Below, in pieces: positions 18,720-29,283 of a DNA stretch of 46,600 nucleotides (the first letter of the stretch is position 1; each line of letters starts with the position of its first letter). The DNA lies in the IMG/VR virus record IMGVR_UViG_3300048861_000262, positions 1-46,600 of that record. One strand, written 5' to 3'. Both the position numbers and the translations under genes were made by a program. This DNA comes from a virus (lineage: Duplodnaviria > Caudoviricetes). Below the pieces are notes generated by a model that was not told where the DNA came from, made no database searches, and saw only the letters and a program-made list of their open reading frames with translations.

Positions 18720-19230
18720 TCCTTCTATCATCCTTACTGTCGGCTCTACGCTGCTCGGCGCGGCGGGCCAAATCCAGCAAGCGCAAGCCACATCCGCCGC
18801 CAACAAGTACAATGCGCAAGTCGCGGACATGAACGCGACACTTGCCGATCGCAAGGCCAAGGATGCGATTGAACGCGGCGCGACTGCAGAACAGCAGAAG
18901 CGCCAGCAAACCGCACAGCTACAGGGCAGGCAACGCGCCGCCATGGCGGCAAACGGCGTTGACCTAACATTCGGTTCGCCGCTCGATACGCTCGTAGACA
19001 CTGCGCAGATGGGCGAGCTTGACGCGCTCAACATTCGGTCGAACGCCTATCGTGAGGCTTATGACGACAAGGTGCAGGGCGTCAATCAGCGGGCAGATGC
19101 AACGCTTGACCGCATGCGGGCCAGCAGCGCGGAAACTGGCGGATTTCTCAGCGCGGCGGGAACGGTCCTTACCGGCGCTGGCAAAGCGTACGGACAGTAT
19201 AAACAGCCCACTATTGGGACGATTTCTTGA
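18712..19230 (+). CDS. Small ejection protein (gp14-like position)
   Basis: MCDP start; GRQRAAMAANGVDL..GSPLD. Confidence 0.8.
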   Translation: MCDPSIILTVGSTLLGAAGQIQQAQATSAANKYNAQVADMNATLADRKAKDAIERGATAEQQKRQQTAQLQGRQRAAMAANGVDLTFGSPLDTLVDTAQMGELDALNIRSNAYREAYDDKVQGVNQRADATLDRMRASSAETGGFLSAAGTVLTGAGKAYGQYKQPTIGTIS

Positions 19231-19238
19231 GGTTCTAA

Positions 19239-21623
19239 ATGCCTACCGTTCCGACTTACGTTGACAGTCAAAACCCTGTTGCTCTTCGCCCGGCATTTCA
19301 GCAAGGCGTTGACGTGCGTGCTGATGCAAGCGCGTTCGGTGCCGATATCGGGCGCGGCATGCAGAACCTTGCGGGCGGCGTCGATAATCTTGGCGACTCG
19401 CTCACCAAGGTAAAGGAGCTTGACGACGTAAACCGGGCCAAGGACGCGGACAACAAGTATGCGGATTGGGCGCGCGATCGCATGTACGGCGACGGCGGCT
19501 ATATGACGCTTGAGGGCCGTAACGCGGTTGACGGTCGCGCCAATTTCGAAAAGGACGCCGCACAGAAGCGCCAAGAGTTCGGACAGGACCTTACGCCCGG
19601 CGCTGCGCAGCACTATCAGCAGGCGTCACAGGCGCGCATGAGCGGCATGCTCCAGCAGAGCATTCAGTATTCCGCACAGCAGCGGAAGGCTTGGTTTACG
19701 GACACGTCAAATACTCGTCTCGATACGTTCTCGAATGATGCTCTTGCGAACTACACCGATCCGAAACAGGTCAACAAGAATATCGCTGGCGGTCTCAATG
19801 AGATCGACCAGCAAGGCAATATGCACGGTTGGGATGCGGAAGCAATTCAACTGCGCAAATCGCAATATGTGTCGGGGATAAGCAAGAATATCGTTCTCCA
19901 GATGGCACAAACTGATCCGCTCGCCGCTGACAAATACATTAACGACGCTGGCGACCGTCTTTCGCCAACCGATCGATACGATCTTAGGCAGAAGCTTAAG
20001 GTTCCGATCCTGGCCGCGAAGGCAAACAAGAACGTTTCCGATATAACGGGCGGCTTGGCTACGCCTACCTATGACGATGATGGCAACGAAACGCTTGAGC
20101 CTACCGCAGCAGCCGCAGCAGCAGGCGGCACGGCCAAGGGTGTTGTTCCAAATTCCGAACCGTCTGACGCTGGTATTGTCGGCCCTGTTGCAGATGGCCG
20201 CATGCGCGTCCAGAATGGACAACTGATGTGGGGCGGCACTGGAACGACGCGGCGCACAGGGTCGCCAAACGAGAAAATCTTTAACGATGCCGTCAGTAGC
20301 GTTATCGGCCTGAATGAGCATAGCAATGCGGGGGCTATCTCCAGCTTTATCAAGAACTCAACCGGCGTTTCTATCAACCCGGCTGTGACGCCGTGGTGCG
20401 CCGCGTTCGTGAATGCCGCCCTTGGCTATGCTGGCGTCAAGGGAACCGATAGCCTCGCCGCGCGGTCGTTCATGCATTTCGGCACGGCAACAGACAATCC
20501 GAGACCGGGCGATATCGCCGTGTTTGGTCGCGGCGATGATCCGTCGAAAGGTCACGTCGGCTTTTTCCAGGGATACGACAAGAACGGAAACATTCTTGTT
20601 CTCGGCGGCAACCAGGGCAAGGATGGGCGCGTTAGCGTGTCGTCGCAAAGCCCTGATAGTCTGCTCGGCTTCCGCTCTGCCGGTGTCGTTGACGAAAACA
20701 CGATGAGGCTTCCCAACTACAGCCCGCAAGGCATCGGGAACATGCAGCAGAAGCTTGACGCTATCAGCGATCCGCAAGAGCGGGCCGCGACGGCGAAGGC
20801 TCTCGGCTCTTACTACACGTCGCAGAAAAAGGCCATCGACGCCAACCGCGAGAAAGCGCAGTCGTGGGCCGAAACGCAGTTGATGCAAAATCCGACGTTT
20901 GATCCCATGAAGATGCCGCTTGATATTCAGTCGGCGCTTGGTGCGAAGGGCATGACGACGCTGATCGACTATCAAGAAAAGGTCCGCACCTCTGGTCAGC
21001 CGGTCACGGATGACCATGTGTTGTATGATCTGCAAACGCAGTACGCCAGCGATCCCGACGCATTCGCCAAGCAAGACCTATTCCAGTACCGCGCCAAACT
21101 CTCCAATAACGATTGGGCAAAGGTCACTGGATGGAGACAAGACGCGCTCAAAGACCAGCGAACGGCGCGTGATGCTGGCCTTGATATATCCTCTGCCTTC
21201 ACTCAGTCGCGAACGCAGCTTGAAAGCATTGGCCTGATCAAAGAGCCGTCGAAGATGTCGGACACTGATCGCAAGCGCGTTGCTCAGTTTCAAAACACGT
21301 TGGCCGATCAGTTGCAGGAGTTTAAGCAGGCAAACCCGACAAAGAAACCGACGCAAACCGATGTGCAGGGGATTATCAACCGCCTCCTCCTGCCGATCGT
21401 CATTAAGACGCCTGGGCAGTTTTGGGACAGCAACCAAAACGCTTTCGCGTTCGAAGCTGGCACGCGTCCTGACAACACAACTGTTGTCGGTGCAGTAAAG
21501 TATGAGGATATCCCTATTGATCTGCGCCGCGCCGTTGCTTCGTCACTTGAAAGGGATTTAGGCCGCAAGCCGTCGCAGACTGAGGTCGAAGCCAAGTACT
21601 ACGATTACGCTCTCAACCATTGA
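19239..21623 (+). CDS. Ejection protein with central NlpC/P60-CHAP-like (TIGR02594-type) domain
   Basis: MPTVPTY start; TPWCAAFVN...PGDIAVF...GHVGFF...LGGNQ. Confidence 0.85.
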   Translation: MPTVPTYVDSQNPVALRPAFQQGVDVRADASAFGADIGRGMQNLAGGVDNLGDSLTKVKELDDVNRAKDADNKYADWARDRMYGDGGYMTLEGRNAVDGRANFEKDAAQKRQEFGQDLTPGAAQHYQQASQARMSGMLQQSIQYSAQQRKAWFTDTSNTRLDTFSNDALANYTDPKQVNKNIAGGLNEIDQQGNMHGWDAEAIQLRKSQYVSGISKNIVLQMAQTDPLAADKYINDAGDRLSPTDRYDLRQKLKVPILAAKANKNVSDITGGLATPTYDDDGNETLEPTAAAAAAGGTAKGVVPNSEPSDAGIVGPVADGRMRVQNGQLMWGGTGTTRRTGSPNEKIFNDAVSSVIGLNEHSNAGAISSFIKNSTGVSINPAVTPWCAAFVNAALGYAGVKGTDSLAARSFMHFGTATDNPRPGDIAVFGRGDDPSKGHVGFFQGYDKNGNILVLGGNQGKDGRVSVSSQSPDSLLGFRSAGVVDENTMRLPNYSPQGIGNMQQKLDAISDPQERAATAKALGSYYTSQKKAIDANREKAQSWAETQLMQNPTFDPMKMPLDIQSALGAKGMTTLIDYQEKVRTSGQPVTDDHVLYDLQTQYASDPDAFAKQDLFQYRAKLSNNDWAKVTGWRQDALKDQRTARDAGLDISSAFTQSRTQLESIGLIKEPSKMSDTDRKRVAQFQNTLADQLQEFKQANPTKKPTQTDVQGIINRLLLPIVIKTPGQFWDSNQNAFAFEAGTRPDNTTVVGAVKYEDIPIDLRRAVASSLERDLGRKPSQTEVEAKYYDYALNH

Positions 21624-21629
21624 CGTTGT

Positions 21630-21663
21630 AAGCCCCTATCGAGACACCACGATAGGGGCTTTT
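21630..21663 (+). terminator. Intrinsic terminator-like hairpin inside late operon
   Basis: AAGCCCCTATCG/CGATAGGGGCTT stem ending in TTTT. Confidence 0.7.
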
Positions 21664-21668
21664 ACGCA

Positions 21669-24600
21669 ATGGATACGGTTGACGATTTCAACGCCTGGGA
21701 CGCAAAGCAGCAACAGAACAAGGCCGGTGCGGCGCAAGTCGTCTTGAATGCCAGCACTGACACGCCTGATGCCGTTGCCGGTGATTTGAACCTTGCGCAT
21801 GAGTTCGCAAAGACGACGGGCGGCGTTGTTCCGCCTCTGCCGCTGGTGAAGGACAATCGCCCGGCATTCCAGCAAGCGATTGACGCCGCCAAAAACCAGA
21901 CGGTTCTTTCCGGCTCTCCGCGCCTCGCGTCCTGGCTGACCAATCCCGAAAACGCCGCCATCGCCAAGGATGACTTGAGCGGCCTGTCATGGTGGGAGAA
22001 GACAGGGGCGAACCTCGCCGAAGTTCCGAAAGCCATTCCTGGCGGCGCTGTGTCGTCTGTCGGCACGGCCTTGGAAGGAACCGGGCAAATCCTTACGCCC
22101 GCCGATCCTGCCGTACGTCAACCGCTGATGCAGCGCATCATTGATGCTCAGAACGCCACGCCTGACGAGCTTGGCGCGCTTCGGCAGGATATTTTCAAAC
22201 AGGGCAATATCAATCCTCAGATCGCGCAAACGGTGCTGTCGAGCGTTCTTGACGGCAGCATGAAGCCTGACGAGGCGATGCAGCAGCTTGCGCCGATGTT
22301 CGGCCCGGCGCTCAAGGTCGCGTCTCAAGCTCTGCAAAAGGGCGGTGAGACAACGGAGAATTTCGGCAATAGCCTTGTTCCGGCGCGTCCAGGCTTTGAG
22401 AACAGCATGGGCCGTCAAGTCGGCTCTGGCGTCGGCTCTCTGTTGACGATCCTTGGTGTTGCCTTGGCGACTGGCGGCACTGGCGCGGCGGCGTTCGGTG
22501 GCGCTATGGGCGCGGGACAATCGGCGTCTGATGCGCGGCAAGCTGGTGCTGATGAGGACACGCAAACAATTGCCGCATTCTATGGCATCGCGCCGGGTAT
22601 GACTGACGCAATCCCGATTGATCGGCTCTTGAATAACCCGGTGACAAAAGCCGGGTTTGCGTCGTTCCTTCGCGCGATCGGAAAGCAGGCTGCGACCGAA
22701 GGCGGGCAAGAGGCCGTGCAGCAGATCATGCAAAACATGATCGCACAGAACCTCTATGCTCCAGATCGTAGCATGATGGATCAGGTTCTAGACAACTTCA
22801 CGTCGGGCGGGATCGTCGGCGCTATGGCGGAAGCTGGCAAGCTCGGCATTGAAGCGCTGTTGCCCGGTCGTTTCCATGGCGCGCGGGCTCACGTCGAGCA
22901 GGCGCAACAGACGCGCGACCAACTAGGGGATATCTCGACGCAAGCGCAAAGCTCCGTGCTGCGCAATCGCTCGCCTGACAAGTTCCGCCAGTTCCTTGAG
23001 ACGGCCACGGCGGGAACGCCAATCGAGAACGTCTATGTTCCGGCTGACAAGTTCGTGCAGTATTTCCAAGGTGTCGGCGTCGATCCGCACGCCTTGGCGG
23101 ATACGCTTGAGGGCGTGTCGAGCGAGGACCTTGACGCGGCTCTAGCCGGTGGCAGTGACTTGCAAATTCCGACTGCGACCTATGCCGCCAAGATCGCCGG
23201 TACGGAGCATGACGCGTTCCTGCTCGACAACATGCGCTTTGATCCTGACGCCTTCACGTTCGAAGAGGCTCGCCAGTTCAATGATCATGCCGACGAACTG
23301 AAAGACGAAGCCTATCAGACGGCGGAAGAAGCCCGCCAGCGTGACGAGGAAATGCGTTCATTCGAGCAGCAGATTTACGACACGATGGTTTCTCGCCTGC
23401 GAACTGCCGGGCGCTCAACCGATGTCGCCACGACTGAGGCAATGCTTTATCCGGCCTTCTATCGCACCATGGCTGAACGCTCCGGTATGACGACTGAGGA
23501 ATTCATGCAGCGCTACCCGTTGCCACAGGTCGCCGGGGATATCCCGCAAGGCATGCAGTTGCGCAACGTCGATGAACTGAACCGGACGCTTGCCGCCGCT
23601 CGCAGCCGCAAGGATGTCAAGGACAACCGGCAATCGCTTCTTGAGTTCATCGACCAGCACGGCGGCATAAACGACGCTGGCGGCGAACTGCGGGCTCGTG
23701 ACGCTGCCACGGTGAAGCGCGGCAAGGGCAAGAAGGCGCTTCGGCTCGCTCGCGACGCATCCATGGATACGCAAGCCGATATGATCGGCGGCGGCAACAC
23801 TGGCCGCAAGCATGGCCCTGACGCCGTGGCTCAAGCGGCGATTGAGGCCGGGTTCATGTCGGATGATCCTATCGTGCATGAATATCAAGCAGCCGTGAAT
23901 GAGGGTCGCGAGGTGCCGGATATCACGCGGGCGCTCTACGATCACATCGATAGAGAATTGCGTGGTGAGCGTCAGTTTGCGGGCGAGCCTGACGCGGCTG
24001 TTGAGGAAGCGGCGCGGCTCGATCAGATCGAACAGTACTTGCATAGCCTGGGCGTCTCGTTGAATGACAGTGACGAGCAGATCAGGCAGGCGCTTGAAGG
24101 TGGACGCGAGTACGGGCAATCTGCCTTCCACGGCACGCCGCATCTGTTCAGCAAGTTTTCTACCGATCACATTGGAAGCGGCGAAGGCGCGCAAGCTTAC
24201 GGATGGGGCCTATATTTCGCTGAGAATAAGAGCGTTGCAAAAAGCTACCGTGACGCCTTGTCTGGTGGCAAAGACGGCAAGATTTACAATGTCGATCTGC
24301 CTGACAGCAACGAGTTGATGAACTATGACGCCAAGCTGAACGATCAGCCTCCAGAGGTTCTTGCGAAGCTGCAAGGGATCGCGGCGCGTGTTGCCAGCGA
24401 GGCGGAACCGTCTGGCCGTGGTATCTGGCACGATATCGCTCAAGGCAAAGCCGATCTGCTGACCGGTCGTCATTTCTACGATCTCCTTTCGGAAATCTTT
24501 GGAAGCGATCAAGCGGCGTCGTATGAGCTTAGCAAGGCTGGCATTCCCGGCCATATGTTCTTGGACCAGGGATCGCGCAGCGTTGGCAAGGGAACGCATA

Positions 24601-27600
24601 ACTTTGTCATCTATGACGGTGATACCGTTGGCATCCGCTCATTCGAACAGCGGGGCGAGGCGGGCGCGCGCGGCTCGATCCAATTTCCAGCCGCTGGCGT
24701 CGGTAACGGTGAGAGCATCATTCGGCTTTTCGAGAGCGCCAACCTCTCGACCATGCTGCACGAAAGCGGCCATTATTTCCTGACCGTCATGCAAGACATG
24801 GCAGGCAAAGAGGCCGGTTTTACGCCGAATGCAGCGGGCTTGAAAAACGAGGTTGGGACAGGCTCTAGCCAAGACTTTGACGTTGAAGCGCAGGCCATTC
24901 ACAAGAGCGTGACCGATGGGACGGCCAACGCAGAGGATGAGGCGATATTGCCTGTTCTTGACGGTCTTGTGACGCGCGATATTCATGGCCGTGAAGATAA
25001 ATTGTTGGCTGCTGCCATGTCTGCCGGGCGAAACGATCTTGCCGAGGCGCTGATTAATTTGTCTGTCTCTGGTGAAAACCTTGAGGCGAAATTGGTACAG
25101 GAGCGGCAGGAAGACGCCGAATACAAGGCAGAAAACCCGGAAGGTTACGCCCGCTCCCTTAAGCTGGCAAAGGAGCGGCAAGCGAACGTAAAGGCTGCAA
25201 CGGCTAGGATGCTTGACACTTACAACGCCTCTCGCGGCGGTGCCGGTGCCGCTACTGATTTCGATGCCGTCAAATCATGGTGGCGCGAAAATGCGAGCGA
25301 GGTAGCCAGCGACGGCAAGCGGGTCATGCCCGATGTTGCTGTGACCGCTGATGACGTGATTGCCGCGCTAGACAACGGCACGACTGGCGACCTTATGAAA
25401 GACGCTGCCGTTGATGTCGGCATGCAGGAGCAATTCGCGCGGGCATTTGAAGCATATTTGATGGAAGGAAAAGCGCCATCCGTCGAGCTTCGCAGTGCAT
25501 TCGAGAAATTCCGGTCTTGGCTGATTTCCATCTATCGGAAGCTTGCTAGCCTTCGCGTCAAGTCGTCGCCGGAAATTCAGAACGTGTTCAACCGCATGCT
25601 TGCCTCTGACGATCAAATCCGAAATGCGCAAGAGAATACCGGCGAAACCGCGCCGATCTTCACGACGGCGGAAGCTATGGGCCTTTCGCAAGAGGACTAT
25701 GACAAGTTTCTCAAGCTGCGCACTCAGTCGGAAGAACAGGCAAAGGCGCGGCTCCTGGGCGAGGCAATGGAACCGATCCGCCGCGAACAGGAGAAGGCTT
25801 ATAAGGCCGAAAAGGAAACAGTGCGGGGAGAGGTAGAGCGAAACGTCAACGGCTTCCGTTACTATCGCGCGCTTGAATGGATGGGAAATCGCCGTTGGCT
25901 TGGTGAAGGCCAGCCGGAAATCCTGCCTGACATGCGTCTCTCGAAAGAAATCCTTGTCGATCGGTACGGCGCGGGCGTCTTGGAAACCCTGCCGCGCGGG
26001 AAACAAACAGTCTATGCGGTCGAGGGCGGGATTGATCCTGATGACGCTGCCGGGTGGTTTGGCTTCGATAGCGGTGACGAGATGGTGCGCGCCATGGAGC
26101 AAGCGCCGAAGCGCGTCGATGCGATCAAGGCCGAAACTGAGCGCGTCATGCGTGAGCGCCATGGCGACATGCTGAATGACGGCTCGGCGGAAGCGGAAGC
26201 GCTCGACGCCGTTCATAATGACAAGCGCGGGCAGTGGATCGCCGCCGAACTGAAAGCCATTGTTGACGTGGCAGGAACCGGCGTCGGCCTGACGGCGAAA
26301 GAGGCGCGTGCTTCGGCCAAGTCTGCTACGGCTCGGATGCGCGTTCGTGATGCCTCAAACAGCCAGCGGTTTCTTGCGGCTGAACGCAAGGCGGCTGACG
26401 ACGCGGGGCGCTACGGTGCACAATTGGCGCGTGAAAAGATTTGGCTGGATGCGGCGCGGCGCAAGATCGCGACAACGGCACGGGCTGCGATCCGTGGCGA
26501 CGGCTCGCCTGATGCGGTCGCCGGGGCAATTGAGGCCCATAACGCCAAGTTCGAAACGACGCAAAGCACATTCACGGTTCCCGATCAGGAACGCGTTTCG
26601 AGCAAGGGCAAGGCGTTTACTATTCCAGGCGGCGAACGCACGACGACAAGCCTCGGCTATAACGATCTCGTCAACAAGCTGATCGAAGCCAAGCGCCGCC
26701 AACTGCTCAACCATGCGCTCTACATGGAAAGCCGCAAGGTCGCTGATGAAGTCGAGAAGGCGGAAAACTATGTCGCCCGGCTCGGCAAGAAAACGACGCG
26801 CGACCGTATCGCCGGGGCTGGCCGTCGCGAGAATGCGCAGATCGATTACCTCGGCGCTATCGATGAGCTTCTTGACCGGTACGACTTCCGCCGATTGAGC
26901 AACGCCGCTGAACAGCGTAGAGGCGCGCTGAACGCGTTTGTTGAACGCATGAAGGCAACGGGCCGGGAGAACGAGCTTGCTATTCCTGACGACGTTCTAG
27001 CCCAATCTGGCCGCGCTCCTTACAAGACTATCCCTGTCGAGGAATTGCGCGGCGTGATTGATAGCCTCAAGAACCTTGAGCATGTCGCCACTCGATGGGA
27101 TAAGCTGATTGATGCGCAGCGCGAGCGCGACCTTGAGCAAGCTGTTTCTGGCGTTGTCGATAGCTTCGATAAGAACATTAAGAAACGCCCGCCAAATCGT
27201 GTTGCGACGAATGGCGAGCGCCGCGCTACCGCTATTCGCCAGTACCTTGATTTGGTCCTCAACGCGAATACGCTCCTTCGCGAAATTGACGGTTTCACTG
27301 ATCAAGGATCGGCGCACGCGGCAATTAAAGCCCCCATTGACGAGGCAGTCAATCGGCTGATCGTCCGTAAGCAGGGCGCGGCCAAGGCGATTGAAGAGCT
27401 TTACAACGTCTATTCCAAGGCAGAGCGCCGGGCGATGGCAACGCGCATGCATATGCCAGAGCTTGGCTATGCACTGTCGAAGTGGGAGAAGATTTCTGTT
27501 GCCCTCAACACTGGCAACGCTGGCAATCTCCAGCGCATGACGGATGCTCGTGTGCCTGGCTCTCTGACTGAGGCGCAAGTTCGCGCCGTGCTGAACACTC

Positions 27601-29234
27601 TTGATGAACGTGACGCCAAATTCGTCCAGTCGGTTTGGGATTACGTCGGCACGTTCAAGGATGACATTGCCGCACGCGAGCGCCGGGCGACCGGTGTAGA
27701 ACCGGCATGGGTTGAGGCTGCGCCGGTCGAAATCGCGGGCAAGACCTTGCCGGGCGGGTACTATCCCTTGAAATACGATCCGCGCTTGTCGTCGGCGGCT
27801 CGTGACGATGCGGCGCAAGATATCGCCCAATCTCTGATGGCTGGCCGGTTCGGCAAGGCGCAGACGCGTAACGGCCACACCAAGGAACGCGCGCAAGCCT
27901 CGGGCCGGGCAGTCGAGCTTGATATGTCCGTCCTGCACCGTCATATCAATCAGGTCATCTATGACCTTGAACTGAGTGAGCCGGTTTCAAATTCCTGGCG
28001 TGTTCTGCAAGATGGGCGCGTGCGCGATGCCTTCACCAACTCGGGAAGATCGGCCGATTTCGACGCGCTCGAAAGCTGGTTGCTCGATGTCGGATCGGGC
28101 GAATTGAAAGCCGGTGATCTGGTCAGCCGCTCGGCCCGCATGCTGAAAAGCAACTTCACGGCGGCGAAGCTCTCGGTCAACCTCGTGACTGCCCTAACAC
28201 AGGTAGCCGGTCTAGCCCAAACTATGGTTGTCGTCGGGAAACGCGATTTTGCCGTTGGCCTGCAGAAGTCTTTCCGCGTCGGCGTCAGTGACGAGATTGC
28301 GCAGAAATCGGCCTATATGTCGCAGCGTCAATCAACGTTCAACAAGGACATTAACGACTTCTACGAGGATAGCAAAAACGGCGCGGTTGCCTCTCGCTGG
28401 AACGATTTCAAGACGGCATACGGCAAGCTCGGCTTCTGGCTTATGGAAAAACTCCAATGGCAGTTGGTCGATGTCCCTACGTGGCTTGCCGGGTATAACC
28501 AGGGCTTGCGCAAGTTCGGCAATGACGAGGCGAAGGCTATCGCTCATGCTGACGATATCGTGAAGCGGTCGCAGTCTTCCGGCCTGTTCCATGACCGATC
28601 CTCTATCGAGCGCGGCACTTTGTCGCGAAACACTCGGCAGAACGATGTAGTTCGCCTGTTCACGGCTCTTGGCTCCTATATGTTCGCGAAATTCAATATC
28701 GCCTACGACCGCGCCGGGCAGGCGGGGCAGACGTTCAAGCGCGAGGGCGTGTTCAGTGCAGCGGGCGCGAAAGCTGGCGTCTCCCTGGCTATGGATATGA
28801 CGTTCCTATTCATGGTCGATGCGGTGCTTACCGCTGCGATCAAGGGGCAGTTGCCAAGCGGCGGCGATGACGACAAGCAAGATGGATGGGCGGCGTTCCT
28901 CGCGAAGCAAACCGCGTTCAACGTCATGGGCGCTCTGCCGTTCATCCGTGACGCCTCCAGCGTATTCCAAGGCTTCGACGGCGGCGGCGCTTACGGTAGC
29001 ATTGTAGGTGATGCGGCCAAGGGCGCAATCGGGGCTTGGCATGCCGTGTCGTCTCCATTTACTGGCAACGATATCAAAATCTCCGATGTTAAGGGGATTA
29101 TCAATGCGACCGGCCTCGCGACTGGCGTTCCTGCCACGCAAATCAACCGCGCCGTTGATGCAGGATGGCGGCAACTCCAAGGGCAAGACGTTTCGCCTCT
29201 GGAGTACATGATGGGCAAAAAGTCTAGCAAATAA
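21669..29234 (+). CDS. Large ejection protein / polyvalent protein (2521 aa)
   Basis: Third internal-virion position; FHGT...GLYF ART-like module; HESGH zincin motif; YYPLKYD. Confidence 0.88.
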   Translation: MDTVDDFNAWDAKQQQNKAGAAQVVLNASTDTPDAVAGDLNLAHEFAKTTGGVVPPLPLVKDNRPAFQQAIDAAKNQTVLSGSPRLASWLTNPENAAIAKDDLSGLSWWEKTGANLAEVPKAIPGGAVSSVGTALEGTGQILTPADPAVRQPLMQRIIDAQNATPDELGALRQDIFKQGNINPQIAQTVLSSVLDGSMKPDEAMQQLAPMFGPALKVASQALQKGGETTENFGNSLVPARPGFENSMGRQVGSGVGSLLTILGVALATGGTGAAAFGGAMGAGQSASDARQAGADEDTQTIAAFYGIAPGMTDAIPIDRLLNNPVTKAGFASFLRAIGKQAATEGGQEAVQQIMQNMIAQNLYAPDRSMMDQVLDNFTSGGIVGAMAEAGKLGIEALLPGRFHGARAHVEQAQQTRDQLGDISTQAQSSVLRNRSPDKFRQFLETATAGTPIENVYVPADKFVQYFQGVGVDPHALADTLEGVSSEDLDAALAGGSDLQIPTATYAAKIAGTEHDAFLLDNMRFDPDAFTFEEARQFNDHADELKDEAYQTAEEARQRDEEMRSFEQQIYDTMVSRLRTAGRSTDVATTEAMLYPAFYRTMAERSGMTTEEFMQRYPLPQVAGDIPQGMQLRNVDELNRTLAAARSRKDVKDNRQSLLEFIDQHGGINDAGGELRARDAATVKRGKGKKALRLARDASMDTQADMIGGGNTGRKHGPDAVAQAAIEAGFMSDDPIVHEYQAAVNEGREVPDITRALYDHIDRELRGERQFAGEPDAAVEEAARLDQIEQYLHSLGVSLNDSDEQIRQALEGGREYGQSAFHGTPHLFSKFSTDHIGSGEGAQAYGWGLYFAENKSVAKSYRDALSGGKDGKIYNVDLPDSNELMNYDAKLNDQPPEVLAKLQGIAARVASEAEPSGRGIWHDIAQGKADLLTGRHFYDLLSEIFGSDQAASYELSKAGIPGHMFLDQGSRSVGKGTHNFVIYDGDTVGIRSFEQRGEAGARGSIQFPAAGVGNGESIIRLFESANLSTMLHESGHYFLTVMQDMAGKEAGFTPNAAGLKNEVGTGSSQDFDVEAQAIHKSVTDGTANAEDEAILPVLDGLVTRDIHGREDKLLAAAMSAGRNDLAEALINLSVSGENLEAKLVQERQEDAEYKAENPEGYARSLKLAKERQANVKAATARMLDTYNASRGGAGAATDFDAVKSWWRENASEVASDGKRVMPDVAVTADDVIAALDNGTTGDLMKDAAVDVGMQEQFARAFEAYLMEGKAPSVELRSAFEKFRSWLISIYRKLASLRVKSSPEIQNVFNRMLASDDQIRNAQENTGETAPIFTTAEAMGLSQEDYDKFLKLRTQSEEQAKARLLGEAMEPIRREQEKAYKAEKETVRGEVERNVNGFRYYRALEWMGNRRWLGEGQPEILPDMRLSKEILVDRYGAGVLETLPRGKQTVYAVEGGIDPDDAAGWFGFDSGDEMVRAMEQAPKRVDAIKAETERVMRERHGDMLNDGSAEAEALDAVHNDKRGQWIAAELKAIVDVAGTGVGLTAKEARASAKSATARMRVRDASNSQRFLAAERKAADDAGRYGAQLAREKIWLDAARRKIATTARAAIRGDGSPDAVAGAIEAHNAKFETTQSTFTVPDQERVSSKGKAFTIPGGERTTTSLGYNDLVNKLIEAKRRQLLNHALYMESRKVADEVEKAENYVARLGKKTTRDRIAGAGRRENAQIDYLGAIDELLDRYDFRRLSNAAEQRRGALNAFVERMKATGRENELAIPDDVLAQSGRAPYKTIPVEELRGVIDSLKNLEHVATRWDKLIDAQRERDLEQAVSGVVDSFDKNIKKRPPNRVATNGERRATAIRQYLDLVLNANTLLREIDGFTDQGSAHAAIKAPIDEAVNRLIVRKQGAAKAIEELYNVYSKAERRAMATRMHMPELGYALSKWEKISVALNTGNAGNLQRMTDARVPGSLTEAQVRAVLNTLDERDAKFVQSVWDYVGTFKDDIAARERRATGVEPAWVEAAPVEIAGKTLPGGYYPLKYDPRLSSAARDDAAQDIAQSLMAGRFGKAQTRNGHTKERAQASGRAVELDMSVLHRHINQVIYDLELSEPVSNSWRVLQDGRVRDAFTNSGRSADFDALESWLLDVGSGELKAGDLVSRSARMLKSNFTAAKLSVNLVTALTQVAGLAQTMVVVGKRDFAVGLQKSFRVGVSDEIAQKSAYMSQRQSTFNKDINDFYEDSKNGAVASRWNDFKTAYGKLGFWLMEKLQWQLVDVPTWLAGYNQGLRKFGNDEAKAIAHADDIVKRSQSSGLFHDRSSIERGTLSRNTRQNDVVRLFTALGSYMFAKFNIAYDRAGQAGQTFKREGVFSAAGAKAGVSLAMDMTFLFMVDAVLTAAIKGQLPSGGDDDKQDGWAAFLAKQTAFNVMGALPFIRDASSVFQGFDGGGAYGSIVGDAAKGAIGAWHAVSSPFTGNDIKISDVKGIINATGLATGVPATQINRAVDAGWRQLQGQDVSPLEYMMGKKSSK

Positions 29235-29283
29235 CCTTCTCTGCCTATGGTGCCTCTCAGATATTTGAGAGGCACAACGCCAA

